Positions 18,605 to 28,323 of a stretch of 64,000 bases of DNA are shown one piece after another (position 1 is the first letter of the stretch; the number at the start of each line of letters is the position of its first letter). A model generated the notes under the pieces. It was not told where the DNA came from. It searched no databases and was given only the letters and a program-made list of their open reading frames with translations. This DNA comes from an uncultured Gemmatimonadaceae bacterium (GTDB taxonomy: Bacteria; Gemmatimonadota; Gemmatimonadetes; Longimicrobiales; RSA9), in assembly GCA_964410055.1 (NCBI GenBank), contig CAYPGK010000001.1, positions 4,101 through 68,100 of the forward strand, in the 5' to 3' direction. Position numbers and translations under genes: made by a program.

Positions 18605-19294
18605 ATGCATGTGCCGATCGCACGCGCGCTCGACACCGTGACGCTTCGGGTGCGCCTGCTCGCCACGCTCATCCCGGGCGCCATGCTCTCAGCCTGCGGC
18701 GCCGGCGACGCCACCGACCCGATCCTGCACCGCGTGCTGGTCGTCGATCCGGGCGACGGCACGGTCCTGCCGATCAGTCGAGAAGGAGCGGGGCCGGGAG
18801 AGTTCAGGAGACCGGAAGCGATCGCCATCTCGGATACCGCGGTCCTCGTCCTCGATTTCGGCAACCGCCGCGTCCAGCGCCTCGGCGCCGATGGCGCGCC
18901 CGTGGGGACGACGCGGGTTCCGGCGGTCATCTACCTCCCCGCGGCCATCGACCCGCAGGGCGCCCTGGCGATCCCGGCACTGGGGCTGGACAGCAGTCTT
19001 GCGACATTCTTCGTCCCGGCCGACTCCGAAACCCTGCGCCTCAGGGTGGGCGAGCCCCTGGCCGATCCGCCCCGTATGATCGCACACTCGGTGATCCGCT
19101 ACGTCACGCTCCCCAACGAGGCCGTGCTCGTTGGCGTAACGCTCCCCGAGTCGAGGTCTCCGCGGTGTTCGTCGATGTGCATGATTTCGCGTTCGAGGCA
19201 GTCGCGGAGCGGCGCATCCCGTGCACTTCCGCGAGGAGGTGTGCCGCGTCCTTCGCGGCCACTTTTCGCCGGGGGTGCGCGCGGCGGCGATTAA
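18605..19294 (+). CDS. putative lipoprotein, NHL/beta-propeller-like N-terminal part; possibly truncated or frameshifted
   Basis: Lipobox LIPGAMLSAC and GAGPGEFRRPEAIAI...NRRVQRL repeat-like motif. The last ~60 codons (SRSPRCSSMCMISRSRQ...) look out of frame. Confidence 0.35.
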   Translation: MHVPIARALDTVTLRVRLLATLIPGAMLSACGAGDATDPILHRVLVVDPGDGTVLPISREGAGPGEFRRPEAIAISDTAVLVLDFGNRRVQRLGADGAPVGTTRVPAVIYLPAAIDPQGALAIPALGLDSSLATFFVPADSETLRLRVGEPLADPPRMIAHSVIRYVTLPNEAVLVGVTLPESRSPRCSSMCMISRSRQSRSGASRALPRGGVPRPSRPLFAGGARGGD

Positions 19295-19296
19295 CC

Positions 19297-19309
19297 TTAT
19301 AATGTATCC
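19297..19309. promoter_or_regulatory. dyad-motif site a (TTATAATGTATCC)
   Basis: ATA-N3-TAT core with TATCC half-site. 98 nt upstream of the OCD-family gene. Contains TATAAT. Confidence 0.45.
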
Positions 19310-19406
19310 AATGGAAACGCGCCGGGGGCGCGGAGTTGGGTAGGATCGGGCCGGGGCGAGTGGGTACGGGGACGGGGATGCGGCCCGCCGTTCGAGGGAG
19401 AGTTCC

Positions 19407-20345
19407 ATGAGAGTGATCGAAGCGAACGACGTACATCGGGTTCTGGAGTTTCCGGCGCTGATCGAGGCGTTGCGCCGGGCCTTCGGATCGCCGGCGGGGA
19501 TGCCGCAGCGGCTGATGTTTCCGTTGGACCCGGATGGAGGTTCGAGGGACGTGTTCGCGTTGCTGCCGTCGTGGAACGCGGACGTGATCGGGGTGAAGGC
19601 GTTCACGTACCTGCCCGGGAACGCGGCCGAGGGTCGTCCGATCCTGCACTCGAAGATCCTGCTGTTCGATCGTCGGACGGGTGAGCCGATGGATCTGGTG
19701 GACGGGACGACGGTGACGTACTGGCGTACTGCGGCGATGGCGGGTCTTGCGGCGGACTATCTGGCGCGGAAGGATGCGCGTCGGCTGCTGGTCTGCGGGA
19801 CGGGTCATCTGGCGCCGTACATGGCGCTCGCGCACGCGTCGGTGCGTCCGATCGAGGAGGTGGTGATCTGGGGGCGGAACCCGGAGAAGGCCGAGCGGGT
19901 GATCGAGCAGATCGGCGAGCGCCGCTCGGACCTGCGCTGCCGCGTGGCGGGGAACCTGGAGGAGGAGGCGGGTGCGGCGGACGTGATCAGTTGCGTGACG
20001 GCGTCGCCGGATCCGATCATTCTGGGCCGCTGGGTCCGGCCGGGCACGCACACGGATTTCTTCGGCAACCACGAGCGGGACGGGCGTGAGTGCGACACCG
20101 AGATGGTGGTGAAGTCCCGGGTCTACGTGGACAGCCGGGTGAACGTGCTGGCCGAGGCGGGTGAGCTGTTGATTCCGATTTCGGAGGGCCGATTCTCCGC
20201 GGACGATGTGTTGGGCGAGTTGGCGGACCTGTGCTCCGGCGCGGTGAAGGGGCGGGGCTCGGACGACGAGATCACGATGTTCAAGTCCGTGGGCACCGCG
20301 CTCGCGGACCTCGCTGCCGCGGAACTGGTATCGCGGAGCCTGTAG
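19407..20345 (+). CDS. ornithine cyclodeaminase/mu-crystallin family protein (candidate pyrroline-2-carboxylate reductase)
   Basis: Family-typical TYWRTAAMAGLAA and VCGTGHLAP Rossmann motifs. 312 aa. The specific substrate is inference. Confidence 0.9.
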   Translation: MRVIEANDVHRVLEFPALIEALRRAFGSPAGMPQRLMFPLDPDGGSRDVFALLPSWNADVIGVKAFTYLPGNAAEGRPILHSKILLFDRRTGEPMDLVDGTTVTYWRTAAMAGLAADYLARKDARRLLVCGTGHLAPYMALAHASVRPIEEVVIWGRNPEKAERVIEQIGERRSDLRCRVAGNLEEEAGAADVISCVTASPDPIILGRWVRPGTHTDFFGNHERDGRECDTEMVVKSRVYVDSRVNVLAEAGELLIPISEGRFSADDVLGELADLCSGAVKGRGSDDEITMFKSVGTALADLAAAELVSRSL

Positions 20346-20396
20346 TCGAGGGCGCCGCCCTCGGATGGACCACAACACGGGAGACGAGGAGGATCC

Positions 20397-21308
20397 ATGA
20401 CTCCGAACTGGCAGGGCGTATATCCAGCCCTACCCACCCAGTTCCACGAAGATCTATCCGTCGACATCGATGGAACGATGCGTCATTTCGAGGCGCTCAT
20501 CGACGCGGGCGTTCACGGAATGGTGCTTTTGGGGACGATCGGGGAGAACAACTCGCTCACCGCGGAAGAGAAGCGTGAAGTGCTGCGCGCGGGAGTGGAG
20601 GTTGCGCGGGGGCGCATCCCGGTCCTTTCTGGCGTGTCCGAGCTGACGACGGCCGCGGCGTGCCGGTACGCGGCGGATGCGGCGGAGATCGGCATCGACG
20701 GGCTGATGGTGCTCCCGGCGATGGCGTACCGTGCGGACCGTCGGGAAGCGGTCGCGCACTTCCGCGCGGTCGCGGCGGCGGGCCCGCTGCCGATCCTGTG
20801 CTACAACAACCCGAAGGTCTACGGTGTGGACCTGACGCCGGACGTCTTCGTCGAGCTCGCGGACGTGGAGACGATCGTCGCGGTCAAGGAGGCGTCGGGT
20901 GATCCGCGTCGCCTCACGGACATCGTGAACGCCGTCGGCGATCGCTACATCCTCTTCGCCGGGCTGGACAACGTGGTGCTCGAGAGCGTGATGCTCGGCG
21001 CCGTCGGCACGGTGTTCGGCGTGGTGAACGCGTTCCCGGCCGAGACCCTCTACATGTGGGACCTCGCCATGCAGGGCGAGTGGGAGAAGGCGGTGGAAAT
21101 CTACCGCTGGATGATGCCGCTCCTGCACCTGGACGACCATCCGAAGCTCGTCCAGTACATGAAGCTGATGTCGCAGGAGTGCGGCTACGGCCACGAACGC
21201 GTGCGGCTGCCGCGCCTGACGCTGGCGGGCGAGGAGCGTGAGCGCGTCCTGTCCATCATCCGGAAGGCCAAGGAGACGCGTCCCGCGATCCCCGTGGCTG
21301 CGGGCTGA
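20397..21308 (+). CDS. dihydrodipicolinate synthase (DapA) family lyase (candidate pyrroline-4-hydroxy-2-carboxylate deaminase)
   Basis: GTIGENNSLT and Schiff-base lysine context IVAVKEASGD. 303 aa. The deaminase role is inferred from the hydroxyproline genes in this window. Confidence 0.9.
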   Translation: MTPNWQGVYPALPTQFHEDLSVDIDGTMRHFEALIDAGVHGMVLLGTIGENNSLTAEEKREVLRAGVEVARGRIPVLSGVSELTTAAACRYAADAAEIGIDGLMVLPAMAYRADRREAVAHFRAVAAAGPLPILCYNNPKVYGVDLTPDVFVELADVETIVAVKEASGDPRRLTDIVNAVGDRYILFAGLDNVVLESVMLGAVGTVFGVVNAFPAETLYMWDLAMQGEWEKAVEIYRWMMPLLHLDDHPKLVQYMKLMSQECGYGHERVRLPRLTLAGEERERVLSIIRKAKETRPAIPVAAG

Positions 21309-21336
21309 GGCCGCTCCAGGCTGCGGTCGTGAACTT

Positions 21337-21375
21337 CGCCCCGCGCTCCAGATCGGAGCGCGGGGCGTTGTATTC
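21337..21375 (+). terminator. rho-independent terminator after the DapA-family gene
   Basis: 13-bp perfect stem CGCCCCGCGCTCC/GGAGCGCGGGGCG, 5-nt loop, then TTGTATTC. Confidence 0.8.
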
Positions 21376-21439
21376 GTGACCGGTTTGGATCGGAGCCCGC
21401 GGGCCCGGTTCGAGTGCGAGCCGGGTGAATGGTCTGACC

Positions 21440-22747
21440 TCAGCCGCGCGCAATGCCGCTGCGTTCGCGCAGTGCGTCGCTCAATTTCCCGGCGTACGCG
21501 AGCGACAGGATCTGCACCGTGTGCATTACGGGCGGCGGTGCGCCGGCGCCGTTGCCGTTCAGGTGCGTGCGGATCTGGACCATGCACCCGATGTTGCCCA
21601 GCGCGACGAGGTCGGCGCCTGTGCGTCGCACGGCATCGGCCTTCATCTGTCCGAGCTCCTCGGCGATCTCCGGCTGGTCGATGTTGTAGGTGCCTGCGGA
21701 GCCGCAGCAGCGCTCGCCGTCGTCGAGCTCGACCAGTTCGAGCCCCGGGATGGCGCGGAGCAGCCGGCGCGGCTCGGAGCGGATCTGTTGCGCGTGGCAG
21801 AGGTGGCAGGCGTCGTGGTAGGCCACGCGCAGCGGCTCCTCGAGCGCGGGCGGCGGCACGAGGCCGAGGCGGTCGAGGAAGACGGAGATGTCGACGGCGC
21901 GCTCGGAGAGGGCGCGCGCGGCCTCCTCTTCCGGCTGGCCCGCGAACATCAGCGGGTACTCCCGGATCCCGGAGCCGCACCCCGCGGCGTTGACGATGAT
22001 GGCGTCGACGTCGTCGGGGAACGCGTCGAGGAGTTTACGCGCGTGCGCGCGTGCGGAGTCGGCCGCGCCGACGTGCCACCCCAGGGCGCCGCAGCACCCT
22101 TGACCCCTCGGGACGACGACTTCGACGCCGTTTCGCGTGAGGACGTCGATCGTGGCGCGGTTGATCGCCGGCTCCATCGCCTCCTGGACGCACCCGACGA
22201 GGAGCGCGACGCGCGCCCGGCGCGGGCCGATGGCCGGGATGGTCTCCGGGATCGCCTCGGCCGCCGCCAGCCTGTCCGGGACCAGGTCCAGCATGGGGCG
22301 GAGCGGGGCGGGGACGGCGGGGCGCAGCCAGCGGGTCATGCGGCCGGCCGTCACGGCGAGGCGGAAGCGCCGCGGGTAGGGGAGGGTGTTCAGCGTCAGC
22401 CACCGCTTGAGCCGATCGATGAGCGGCCTGCGGGTCTCCTCCTCCGAGACGGCACGGAACGGGAGCAGCAGCTTGTGGTACGGCACGCCCGACGGGCACG
22501 CGGACTCGCACGCCAGGCAGCCGAGGCAACGGTCCACGTGCTCGGCGACGGCGCTGGTGTCGAGCTCGCCTTCCAGCGCGCCCTTCATCAGGTAGATCCG
22601 CCCGCGCGGCGAATCCATCTCCTCGCCGAGGACCTGGTACGTCGGACAGGTGGGCAGACAGAAGCCGCAGTGCACGCATGCGCTCGCGGCTTCGGCCATG
22701 GCTTTCCCGTACGCGCCCAGCTCCTCGATCGGGATGCGGTGCTGCAT
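21440..22747 (-). CDS. glcF: glycolate oxidase iron-sulfur subunit
   Basis: Two ferredoxin-type motifs CVHCGFCLPTCP and CLGCLACESACP, plus C-terminal CCG-type repeats. ATG 22747. Confidence 0.85.
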   Translation of the reverse strand: MQHRIPIEELGAYGKAMAEAASACVHCGFCLPTCPTYQVLGEEMDSPRGRIYLMKGALEGELDTSAVAEHVDRCLGCLACESACPSGVPYHKLLLPFRAVSEEETRRPLIDRLKRWLTLNTLPYPRRFRLAVTAGRMTRWLRPAVPAPLRPMLDLVPDRLAAAEAIPETIPAIGPRRARVALLVGCVQEAMEPAINRATIDVLTRNGVEVVVPRGQGCCGALGWHVGAADSARAHARKLLDAFPDDVDAIIVNAAGCGSGIREYPLMFAGQPEEEAARALSERAVDISVFLDRLGLVPPPALEEPLRVAYHDACHLCHAQQIRSEPRRLLRAIPGLELVELDDGERCCGSAGTYNIDQPEIAEELGQMKADAVRRTGADLVALGNIGCMVQIRTHLNGNGAGAPPPVMHTVQILSLAYAGKLSDALRERSGIARG

Positions 22748-22764
22748 TCTCCTACCCTGCTCGT

Positions 22765-23886
22765 CTATGCTGAAACCGCGGCCGACACGGCGTCGCCTTC
22801 CGGCACCAGCGCCGGGAACCGGCCATCGGGGTCGAGCGCGCTCTTGATGCGACGCGCGAAGACGGCCGCGCCCGTGTCGATCGGGCCGAGCCACGGCAGC
22901 GTGCCTTCCTGCGCCGGCCCGCGCACGACGAGGCCGGCGAGTCCGGACGTATCCAGCTCACCGAGCGGCCGGTCGGCGGGCCAGGCGATCCATGCGACGT
23001 TCCCGGCGACGGCGTAGCGCCGCGCCACACCCTGCGCATCGAGCGCCCGCTCCAGCTCGGCGAGGCGGCGGAGGGTGAGGGGGACCTTGATGATCCGGCT
23101 CTCGGGCGCCCAGGCGAAGTCCCTGAGCCCCTGCCAGTACGCCTCCTCCTCCTCGCCGGCGACGAGATCGAAGCGCCGGCCGGTCGCGGCGCCGACCCGG
23201 GCCGCGTGCACGTCCAGCGTCGCTTCCTCGCCCGAGACACGCACCACGAGCGTGCCGGGTGGCTCGAAGTCCAGCGCCTCCAGGTCGAAGGGCCGGCGTC
23301 CGAGCTCGGCCATGACCGCGACCGCGTCCTCGACCCCGTCGCAGGCGATGCGGATCGTGCGCCATGCAGGCGGTGTGGGGAAGACCTTGAAGGACAGCTC
23401 GACCAGCACGCCGAGGCGGCCGAGGCTGCCGACCACGAGCTTCGGCACGTCGAAGCCGGCGGCGTTCTTTACGACCTTCCCTCCGCCCCGGACGAGCCGC
23501 CCGGTCCCGTCGACCAGCCGCACGCCGATGATGAAGTCTCGGATCCCCCCGTACCGGAGCCGGCCGGAGCCGTTCAGCCCCGCCGCGACCGTGCCGCCGA
23601 GCGTCGCGCCGGCGCGGGCGAGGGGCGGGTCGAAGGGGAGGTGTTGGCCGTGGCGGGCCAGGAGCGCCTGGATCTCCTCCAGCGGCGTGCCCGCGAGCGC
23701 GGTGAAGGTGAACTCGTCCGGGTCGTACTCGACCACGCCGGAGAGCCGCGTCGTGTCCAGGTACACCGCGCCCGCCTCATGGGCGACGAGCGGCGCCTTC
23801 GTCCGCGCGCCGTGCGCAATGATGAGCCCATGCTCGCGCACCGCCGCGACGACATCCTCGATCCGTTCGGGCACGAGCGCAGTCAC
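22765..23886 (-). CDS. glcE: glycolate oxidase FAD-binding subunit
   Basis: FAD_binding_4-like N-terminus. GTG start at 23886 overlaps the glcD stop by 4 nt. Position between glcD and glcF. Confidence 0.8.
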   Translation of the reverse strand: MTALVPERIEDVVAAVREHGLIIAHGARTKAPLVAHEAGAVYLDTTRLSGVVEYDPDEFTFTALAGTPLEEIQALLARHGQHLPFDPPLARAGATLGGTVAAGLNGSGRLRYGGIRDFIIGVRLVDGTGRLVRGGGKVVKNAAGFDVPKLVVGSLGRLGVLVELSFKVFPTPPAWRTIRIACDGVEDAVAVMAELGRRPFDLEALDFEPPGTLVVRVSGEEATLDVHAARVGAATGRRFDLVAGEEEEAYWQGLRDFAWAPESRIIKVPLTLRRLAELERALDAQGVARRYAVAGNVAWIAWPADRPLGELDTSGLAGLVVRGPAQEGTLPWLGPIDTGAAVFARRIKSALDPDGRFPALVPEGDAVSAAVSA

Positions 23887-25388
23887 GTCGCCTCCACAGC
23901 AGAGCGGTCTTCCGGCGCGCCGCCGCTCGCATGAGCGGCCGATCTCGCGTACCCTGCCGCACCGCCGGCTGCTGCGGCCGAACCATTCCCGGCCCCGAAC
24001 TCTTCGGCAGCCGGGAACATCTTCCCCCGGTTCGCGACCTGCTTGGGATCGAGGGCGAGGCGCAGCCGCTGGAACGCGTCGACGTCGTCCGGCGCGAACA
24101 TGCGTGTGAGGAACGCGCGCTTCTCCACGCCCACACCGTGCTCGCCGGTGATGGAGCCGCCCAGCTCGATGCAGAGGTCGAGGATGCGGCCGGCCAGCGC
24201 CTCGGCGCGCTCGAACTCGCCCTCGCGCTGGCCGTCGTAGAGGATGAGGGGGTGCAGGTTGCCGTCGCCCGCGTGGAAGACGTTGGCGACGCGCAGCCCG
24301 TACTCGCGCGACAGCTCGCCAATGCGGCGCAGCGCCAGGCCGAGCCGGCTGCGCGGGACGACGCCGTCCTGCACGATGTAGTCCGGGCTGATGCGGCCGA
24401 CGGCGGAGAAGGCGCTCTTGCGCCCCTTCCAGATCGCCGCCCGCTCCTCGGGCGACGTGGCCGTGTGCACGCCGATCGCGCCGGACTCCTGGATCAGCGC
24501 ATCCAGCCGGCGCCGCTCGGCATCGAGCAGGTCGCGCGGCGCCTCCAGCTCGACGATCAGGACCGCTTCCGCGCCCGGCGGATACTCGGTGTGCACCGCG
24601 GCGGCGGCCGCCTCGATCGCCGTCGCATCCATGATCTCCATCGCCGACGGGAGCAGCCCCGCGGCCACGATGCGCGCCACGGCGTCGCCCGCCTCCTCGA
24701 TCGTGCCGTAGCCGGCCAGGATCGTGTACGACGCCTCGGCGATGGGGAGCAGCCGCAGCGTGATCTCGAGCGCGATCCCGAAGAGCCCCTCGCTGCCGAC
24801 GAAGAGGCCGGTCCAGTCCGGGCCGATCGACTCGAGGCTGTCGCCGCCCAGCTCGACCACGTCGCCCGTGGGGAGCACTGCCTTCAGCCCCAGGACGTGG
24901 TTCGCGGTCATGCCGTACTTGAGGCAGTGCGCGCCGCCGGAGTTGAAACCGATGTTCCCGCCGACGGTGCAGACTTGCTGGCTGGAAGGGTCGGGCGCGT
25001 AGTGGAGCCCGTGTGCCGCCGCGGCGCGCGTGACCTGGAGGTTGATCACGCCCGGCTCGACCACGGCGATGCGCCGGTCCGGATCCAGTTCGAGGATCCG
25101 GTTCAGCCGGTTCAGCGCGATGACGACGCCGCCCTCGACGGGGAGCGAGCCGCCCGAGAGGCTGGTTCCGCTCCCGCGCGGGACGAACGGTACGCCGAGG
25201 TCGTGACAGAGACGGACGGTGCGGATGACCTCATCGGCCGACTCCGCGACGACGACTGCCGTGGGAGAGACGGCGAACGCAGTGAGTGCGTCGGACTCGT
25301 ACGCCGCGAGCTGCGCGCGGCCCAGGAGCAGACGTCGCTCCGGGACGATCGCGCGCAGCCCTCGGATCAGTTCGGTGGTGGGCGCCAT
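23883..25388 (-). CDS. glcD: glycolate oxidase / FAD-linked 2-hydroxyacid oxidase subunit
   Basis: ATG 25388 ([11 protein letters not shown]). FAD-binding [12 protein letters not shown]-terminal [11 protein letters not shown]. Confidence 0.9.
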   Translation of the reverse strand: MAPTTELIRGLRAIVPERRLLLGRAQLAAYESDALTAFAVSPTAVVVAESADEVIRTVRLCHDLGVPFVPRGSGTSLSGGSLPVEGGVVIALNRLNRILELDPDRRIAVVEPGVINLQVTRAAAAHGLHYAPDPSSQQVCTVGGNIGFNSGGAHCLKYGMTANHVLGLKAVLPTGDVVELGGDSLESIGPDWTGLFVGSEGLFGIALEITLRLLPIAEASYTILAGYGTIEEAGDAVARIVAAGLLPSAMEIMDATAIEAAAAAVHTEYPPGAEAVLIVELEAPRDLLDAERRRLDALIQESGAIGVHTATSPEERAAIWKGRKSAFSAVGRISPDYIVQDGVVPRSRLGLALRRIGELSREYGLRVANVFHAGDGNLHPLILYDGQREGEFERAEALAGRILDLCIELGGSITGEHGVGVEKRAFLTRMFAPDDVDAFQRLRLALDPKQVANRGKMFPAAEEFGAGNGSAAAAGGAAGYARSAAHASGGAPEDRSAVEAT

Positions 25389-25458
25389 CAGCCGGCGCGG
25401 CGGCGGGGCTCGATGCGCCCCCGCGCCGCCCTCCGGTGCCGATGGCCGAACGGCTCGG

Positions 25459-26298
25459 TCATGCCTGGAATCGGATCGACTTGAACTTGCGCGTCTGCTC
25501 CTCGATCGCCGCTTCCGTGGCCAGCCGCTCGATGCTCGACGCGCCGAAGAAGCCGACCACGCCCTTGGTCCGCTCCAGAACATACTGCGCGTCCTCCGGG
25601 TGCGCGATGGGGCCGCCGTGGCAGAGCACCATCACGTCCGGGTTGACGGACTTGGCCGCGTCGTGGATCGCCTGGATGCGGTCGACCGCCTCGTCCAGCG
25701 TCATCGCCGTCTTGTCGACGCCGATCGAGCCGCCGACCGTCGTATGCACGTGCGCGACGACCACGTCCGCGCCCGCCTCCGTGAACCAGCGCGCCGTTTC
25801 CTCGTCGAAGACGTACGGGCAGGTGAGCATCCCCAGCTCGTGCGCCTGGGCGATCATCTCGACCTCGAGCCGGATGCTCATCCCCGTCTCCTCGAGCGCG
25901 CGACGGAACTCGCCGTCGATCAGCCCGACCGTCGGGAAGTTCTGCACGCCGTCGAAGCCCATCTCCTTCAACTGCGGCAGGAACACCCGCATCATGCGGA
26001 ACGGATCGGTGCCACAGACGCCCGCCAGCACCGGCGTGTCCTTCACGACCGGCAGGACCTCGCGCGCCATGTCCACCACGATGGCGTTCGCATCGCCGTA
26101 GGGCATGAGGCCGCTCAGGCTCCCGCGACCCGCCATCCGGTAACGGCCCGAGTTGTAGATGATGATCAGGTCGACGCCGCCCCGTTCGGCGAACTTCGCC
26201 GAGATCCCCGTCCCCGCGCCGGCACCGATGATCGGCTTGCCGGCCTCGACCTGCGAACGGAGACGACGCAGACACTCCTCGTAACCGATGAAAGGCAT
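25459..26298 (-). CDS. phosphoenolpyruvate hydrolase-like TIM-barrel protein (C-terminal-half homologue of plant Tm-1)
   Basis: ATG 26298 ([10 protein letters not shown]). Recognised family pattern [35 protein letters not shown]...[11 protein letters not shown]. Confidence 0.8.
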   Translation of the reverse strand: MPFIGYEECLRRLRSQVEAGKPIIGAGAGTGISAKFAERGGVDLIIIYNSGRYRMAGRGSLSGLMPYGDANAIVVDMAREVLPVVKDTPVLAGVCGTDPFRMMRVFLPQLKEMGFDGVQNFPTVGLIDGEFRRALEETGMSIRLEVEMIAQAHELGMLTCPYVFDEETARWFTEAGADVVVAHVHTTVGGSIGVDKTAMTLDEAVDRIQAIHDAAKSVNPDVMVLCHGGPIAHPEDAQYVLERTKGVVGFFGASSIERLATEAAIEEQTRKFKSIRFQA

Positions 26299-26305
26299 GA
26301 CTCCC

Positions 26306-27523
26306 TCAATCCTTTCGTTGTGGCATGACGCGCAACAGCTCGTCCACGAGCGCGCGCGCGAATTCACGATCGTTGATGTGGGCGTCCACTTCCACGATCC
26401 GCACGTTCGGGCCGACGTTGGCCCGCAACGTGTCGAAGAGCACCCGGTCGGCCTCCGGGTCGTGGAACGGCTGCCCCTCCGCGTCGATCATGCTGACGCC
26501 CCGCAGCGGGAGCACCAGCACCACCGGGCCCTGCGCCCGGCTGAGCTGCGCTGCGATCCGACGCCCGATCTCCTCGCACTCCGCAGGCGTCGTCCGCATG
26601 AGCGTGACCGACGGATTGTGGCGGTACAGGTTCCGATCACGGAACTTCTCCGGGACCGTCTCGATCCCGCCGAAGTTCACCATGTCCAGCGCGCCGACCG
26701 AAACGACCTGCGGGATCCCCGCCCGACCGGCCGCCGACAGACGGTCCGGCCCGGCCGACAGCACCCCGCCCACCACCTCGTCGCACCACTCCGTCGTCGT
26801 CACGTCCAGCACGCCGGCGAAGTAGCCGTCGTCGATCAGCCCTTCCATTGCCCGGCCGCCCGCGCCCGTCGCATGGAAGACCATGACGTCGTAGCCCGCC
26901 TCCTCCAGCATCTGGCGCGCGGCCGTCACGCACGGCGTGGTCACCCCGAACATCGTCGCCGCGATCAGCGGCCGGCTCTCTGCCTGCGGGACCTCCTGCT
27001 CCACCATCCCGCAGATCGCTCCCGCGGCGTTCGCGAGCACCCGGCGCAGCAGCGGGTTCAGCCCCGCAATGTCCACGACCGAGTACATCATCGTGAGGTC
27101 CTTGATGTCCACGTACGGGGCCGTGTTGCCCGACATCATCGTGGACACCATCATCTTCGGCACGCCCACCGGCAGGACCCGCATCGCCGCGGTCACCATC
27201 GCCGTGCCGCCGCCGCCGCCCAGACCCAGCACGCCGTCGAAGCGGCCCTCCTCGTGCAGACGCGCCACGATCTTGCGCGCACCCGCGAGCATCACTTCGA
27301 TCGCTTCTCCACGATCGCCGCGCGCGCGCAGCTCCTCCAGCGTCGCGCCCCCGGCGCGAGCCACCTCGTCCGCACCGATGTCCGCCTCGATCTGCGGATC
27401 CCCGAGAACCCCCAGGTCGAGGATCAGGACCTCATGGCCGCGCGCGCGGATCAGATCGCGAACGTAGCCGTACTCCTCGCCCTTCGTGTCGAGCGTGCCG
27501 ACCAGCAGGATCGTCCGCGCCAC
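26306..27523 (-). CDS. UPF0261 family protein (Tm-1-like ATP-binding, N-terminal-half homologue of plant Tm-1)
   Basis: [20 protein letters not shown]...GLGGGGGT...[11 protein letters not shown] pattern typical of UPF0261. 405 aa. Confidence 0.85.
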   Translation of the reverse strand: MARTILLVGTLDTKGEEYGYVRDLIRARGHEVLILDLGVLGDPQIEADIGADEVARAGGATLEELRARGDRGEAIEVMLAGARKIVARLHEEGRFDGVLGLGGGGGTAMVTAAMRVLPVGVPKMMVSTMMSGNTAPYVDIKDLTMMYSVVDIAGLNPLLRRVLANAAGAICGMVEQEVPQAESRPLIAATMFGVTTPCVTAARQMLEEAGYDVMVFHATGAGGRAMEGLIDDGYFAGVLDVTTTEWCDEVVGGVLSAGPDRLSAAGRAGIPQVVSVGALDMVNFGGIETVPEKFRDRNLYRHNPSVTLMRTTPAECEEIGRRIAAQLSRAQGPVVLVLPLRGVSMIDAEGQPFHDPEADRVLFDTLRANVGPNVRIVEVDAHINDREFARALVDELLRVMPQRKD

Positions 27524-27536
27524 GACGACCTCCCCG

Positions 27537-27977
27537 TCAATGACCCGCCGCCGCGGAGCCCGCGCTCCGAAGCGACCGCCACGGCTCCTCCTGCGACACG
27601 TCCACCACCGCCGGCCCCTCGCTGCGCGCAGGCGACAGGATCGCCAGGAACACCAGCGTCTCCTCCCCCACGTTGTACGTCCCGTGCACCTCGCCGCGAG
27701 GAATGTGCGCCATCTCGCCCGGGCCCAACACCCGGCTCTCCTGGCCGACCCACTGCTCCGCCTTCCCAGAGATCACGTAGATGATCTCCTCCAGCTCCGG
27801 GTGCGTATGGAACGCATGACCGGCGCCCGGCGGCATGTGCACCCGCACGAGCTGCAGATCCTCCGCCGCCGTCAGCCCCGGTCGGCACAGCCAGTCGTGG
27901 GGTCCCCACGGCAGCAGTTCGACTTCCTTCTCCCGATCCGTGACGAAACGGTGTGGCGCGCTCGAACTCATATCCAC
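27537..27977 (-). CDS. cupin domain protein
   Basis: Cupin motifs HTHPELEEIIYVISG and GEMAHIPRGEVHG. 146 aa. Confidence 0.8.
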   Translation of the reverse strand: MDMSSSAPHRFVTDREKEVELLPWGPHDWLCRPGLTAAEDLQLVRVHMPPGAGHAFHTHPELEEIIYVISGKAEQWVGQESRVLGPGEMAHIPRGEVHGTYNVGEETLVFLAILSPARSEGPAVVDVSQEEPWRSLRSAGSAAAGH

Positions 27978-28054
27978 CGACTCCGGGCTGGGTTAGGGGC
28001 GGCGTCGCGGCGCCGCGCTCTCGTGTGGTTGCGTGCCTCAGGCAGGAGGCCATA

Positions 28055-28067
28055 ATATACATTATCC
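28055..28067. promoter_or_regulatory. dyad-motif site b (ATATACATTATCC)
   Basis: 78 nt upstream of the cupin operon start (minus strand), in the divergent region shared with SusC. Confidence 0.45.
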
Positions 28068-28177
28068 CCCAGGCCGGCAAGCGCGTTGCGGCGCGGAATC
28101 TCGATCTCCCGGCATCGCCCGTCAGTGCCCTGGCCGCGTCGGTGGACCGGGACTCTTGCCCTTGCGGATTTCGCACC

Positions 28178-28190
28178 GAATATTATATCC
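28178..28190. promoter_or_regulatory. dyad-motif site c (GAATATTATATCC)
   Basis: 134 nt upstream of the SusC ATG. One mismatch from the GGATA-N3-TATCC dyad. Confidence 0.45.
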
Positions 28191-28323
28191 AACTTCGACC
28201 AATGCTCGCCCGAACCCTGACGCGACGACGCATGGGGCGTCGTCCGCAAGTCGCCTCCTGAGCCCGGAAACCGCACGACGCGGGATTCCGGTCCTTGCAA
28301 CCCCGCTTCACGGAGTCATTGCC

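Noticed and set aside
18262-19406. Region considered as a mobile-element or foreign-DNA insertion because of the degenerate gene and local AT-rich patch.
   Set aside because: No integrase or transposase, no terminal inverted or direct repeats, and no tRNA target. The AT-rich patch is explained by the promoter/dyad motif of the next operon.
21440-25388. Idea that GlcDEF serves a hydroxyproline-to-glyoxylate/glycolate branch, as in animals.
   Set aside because: No 4-hydroxy-2-oxoglutarate aldolase or hydroxyproline oxidase is recognisable. The bacterial epimerase/D-Hyp dehydrogenase/deaminase/KGSA dehydrogenase route present here ends in 2-oxoglutarate. The link is therefore unsupported by the sequence.
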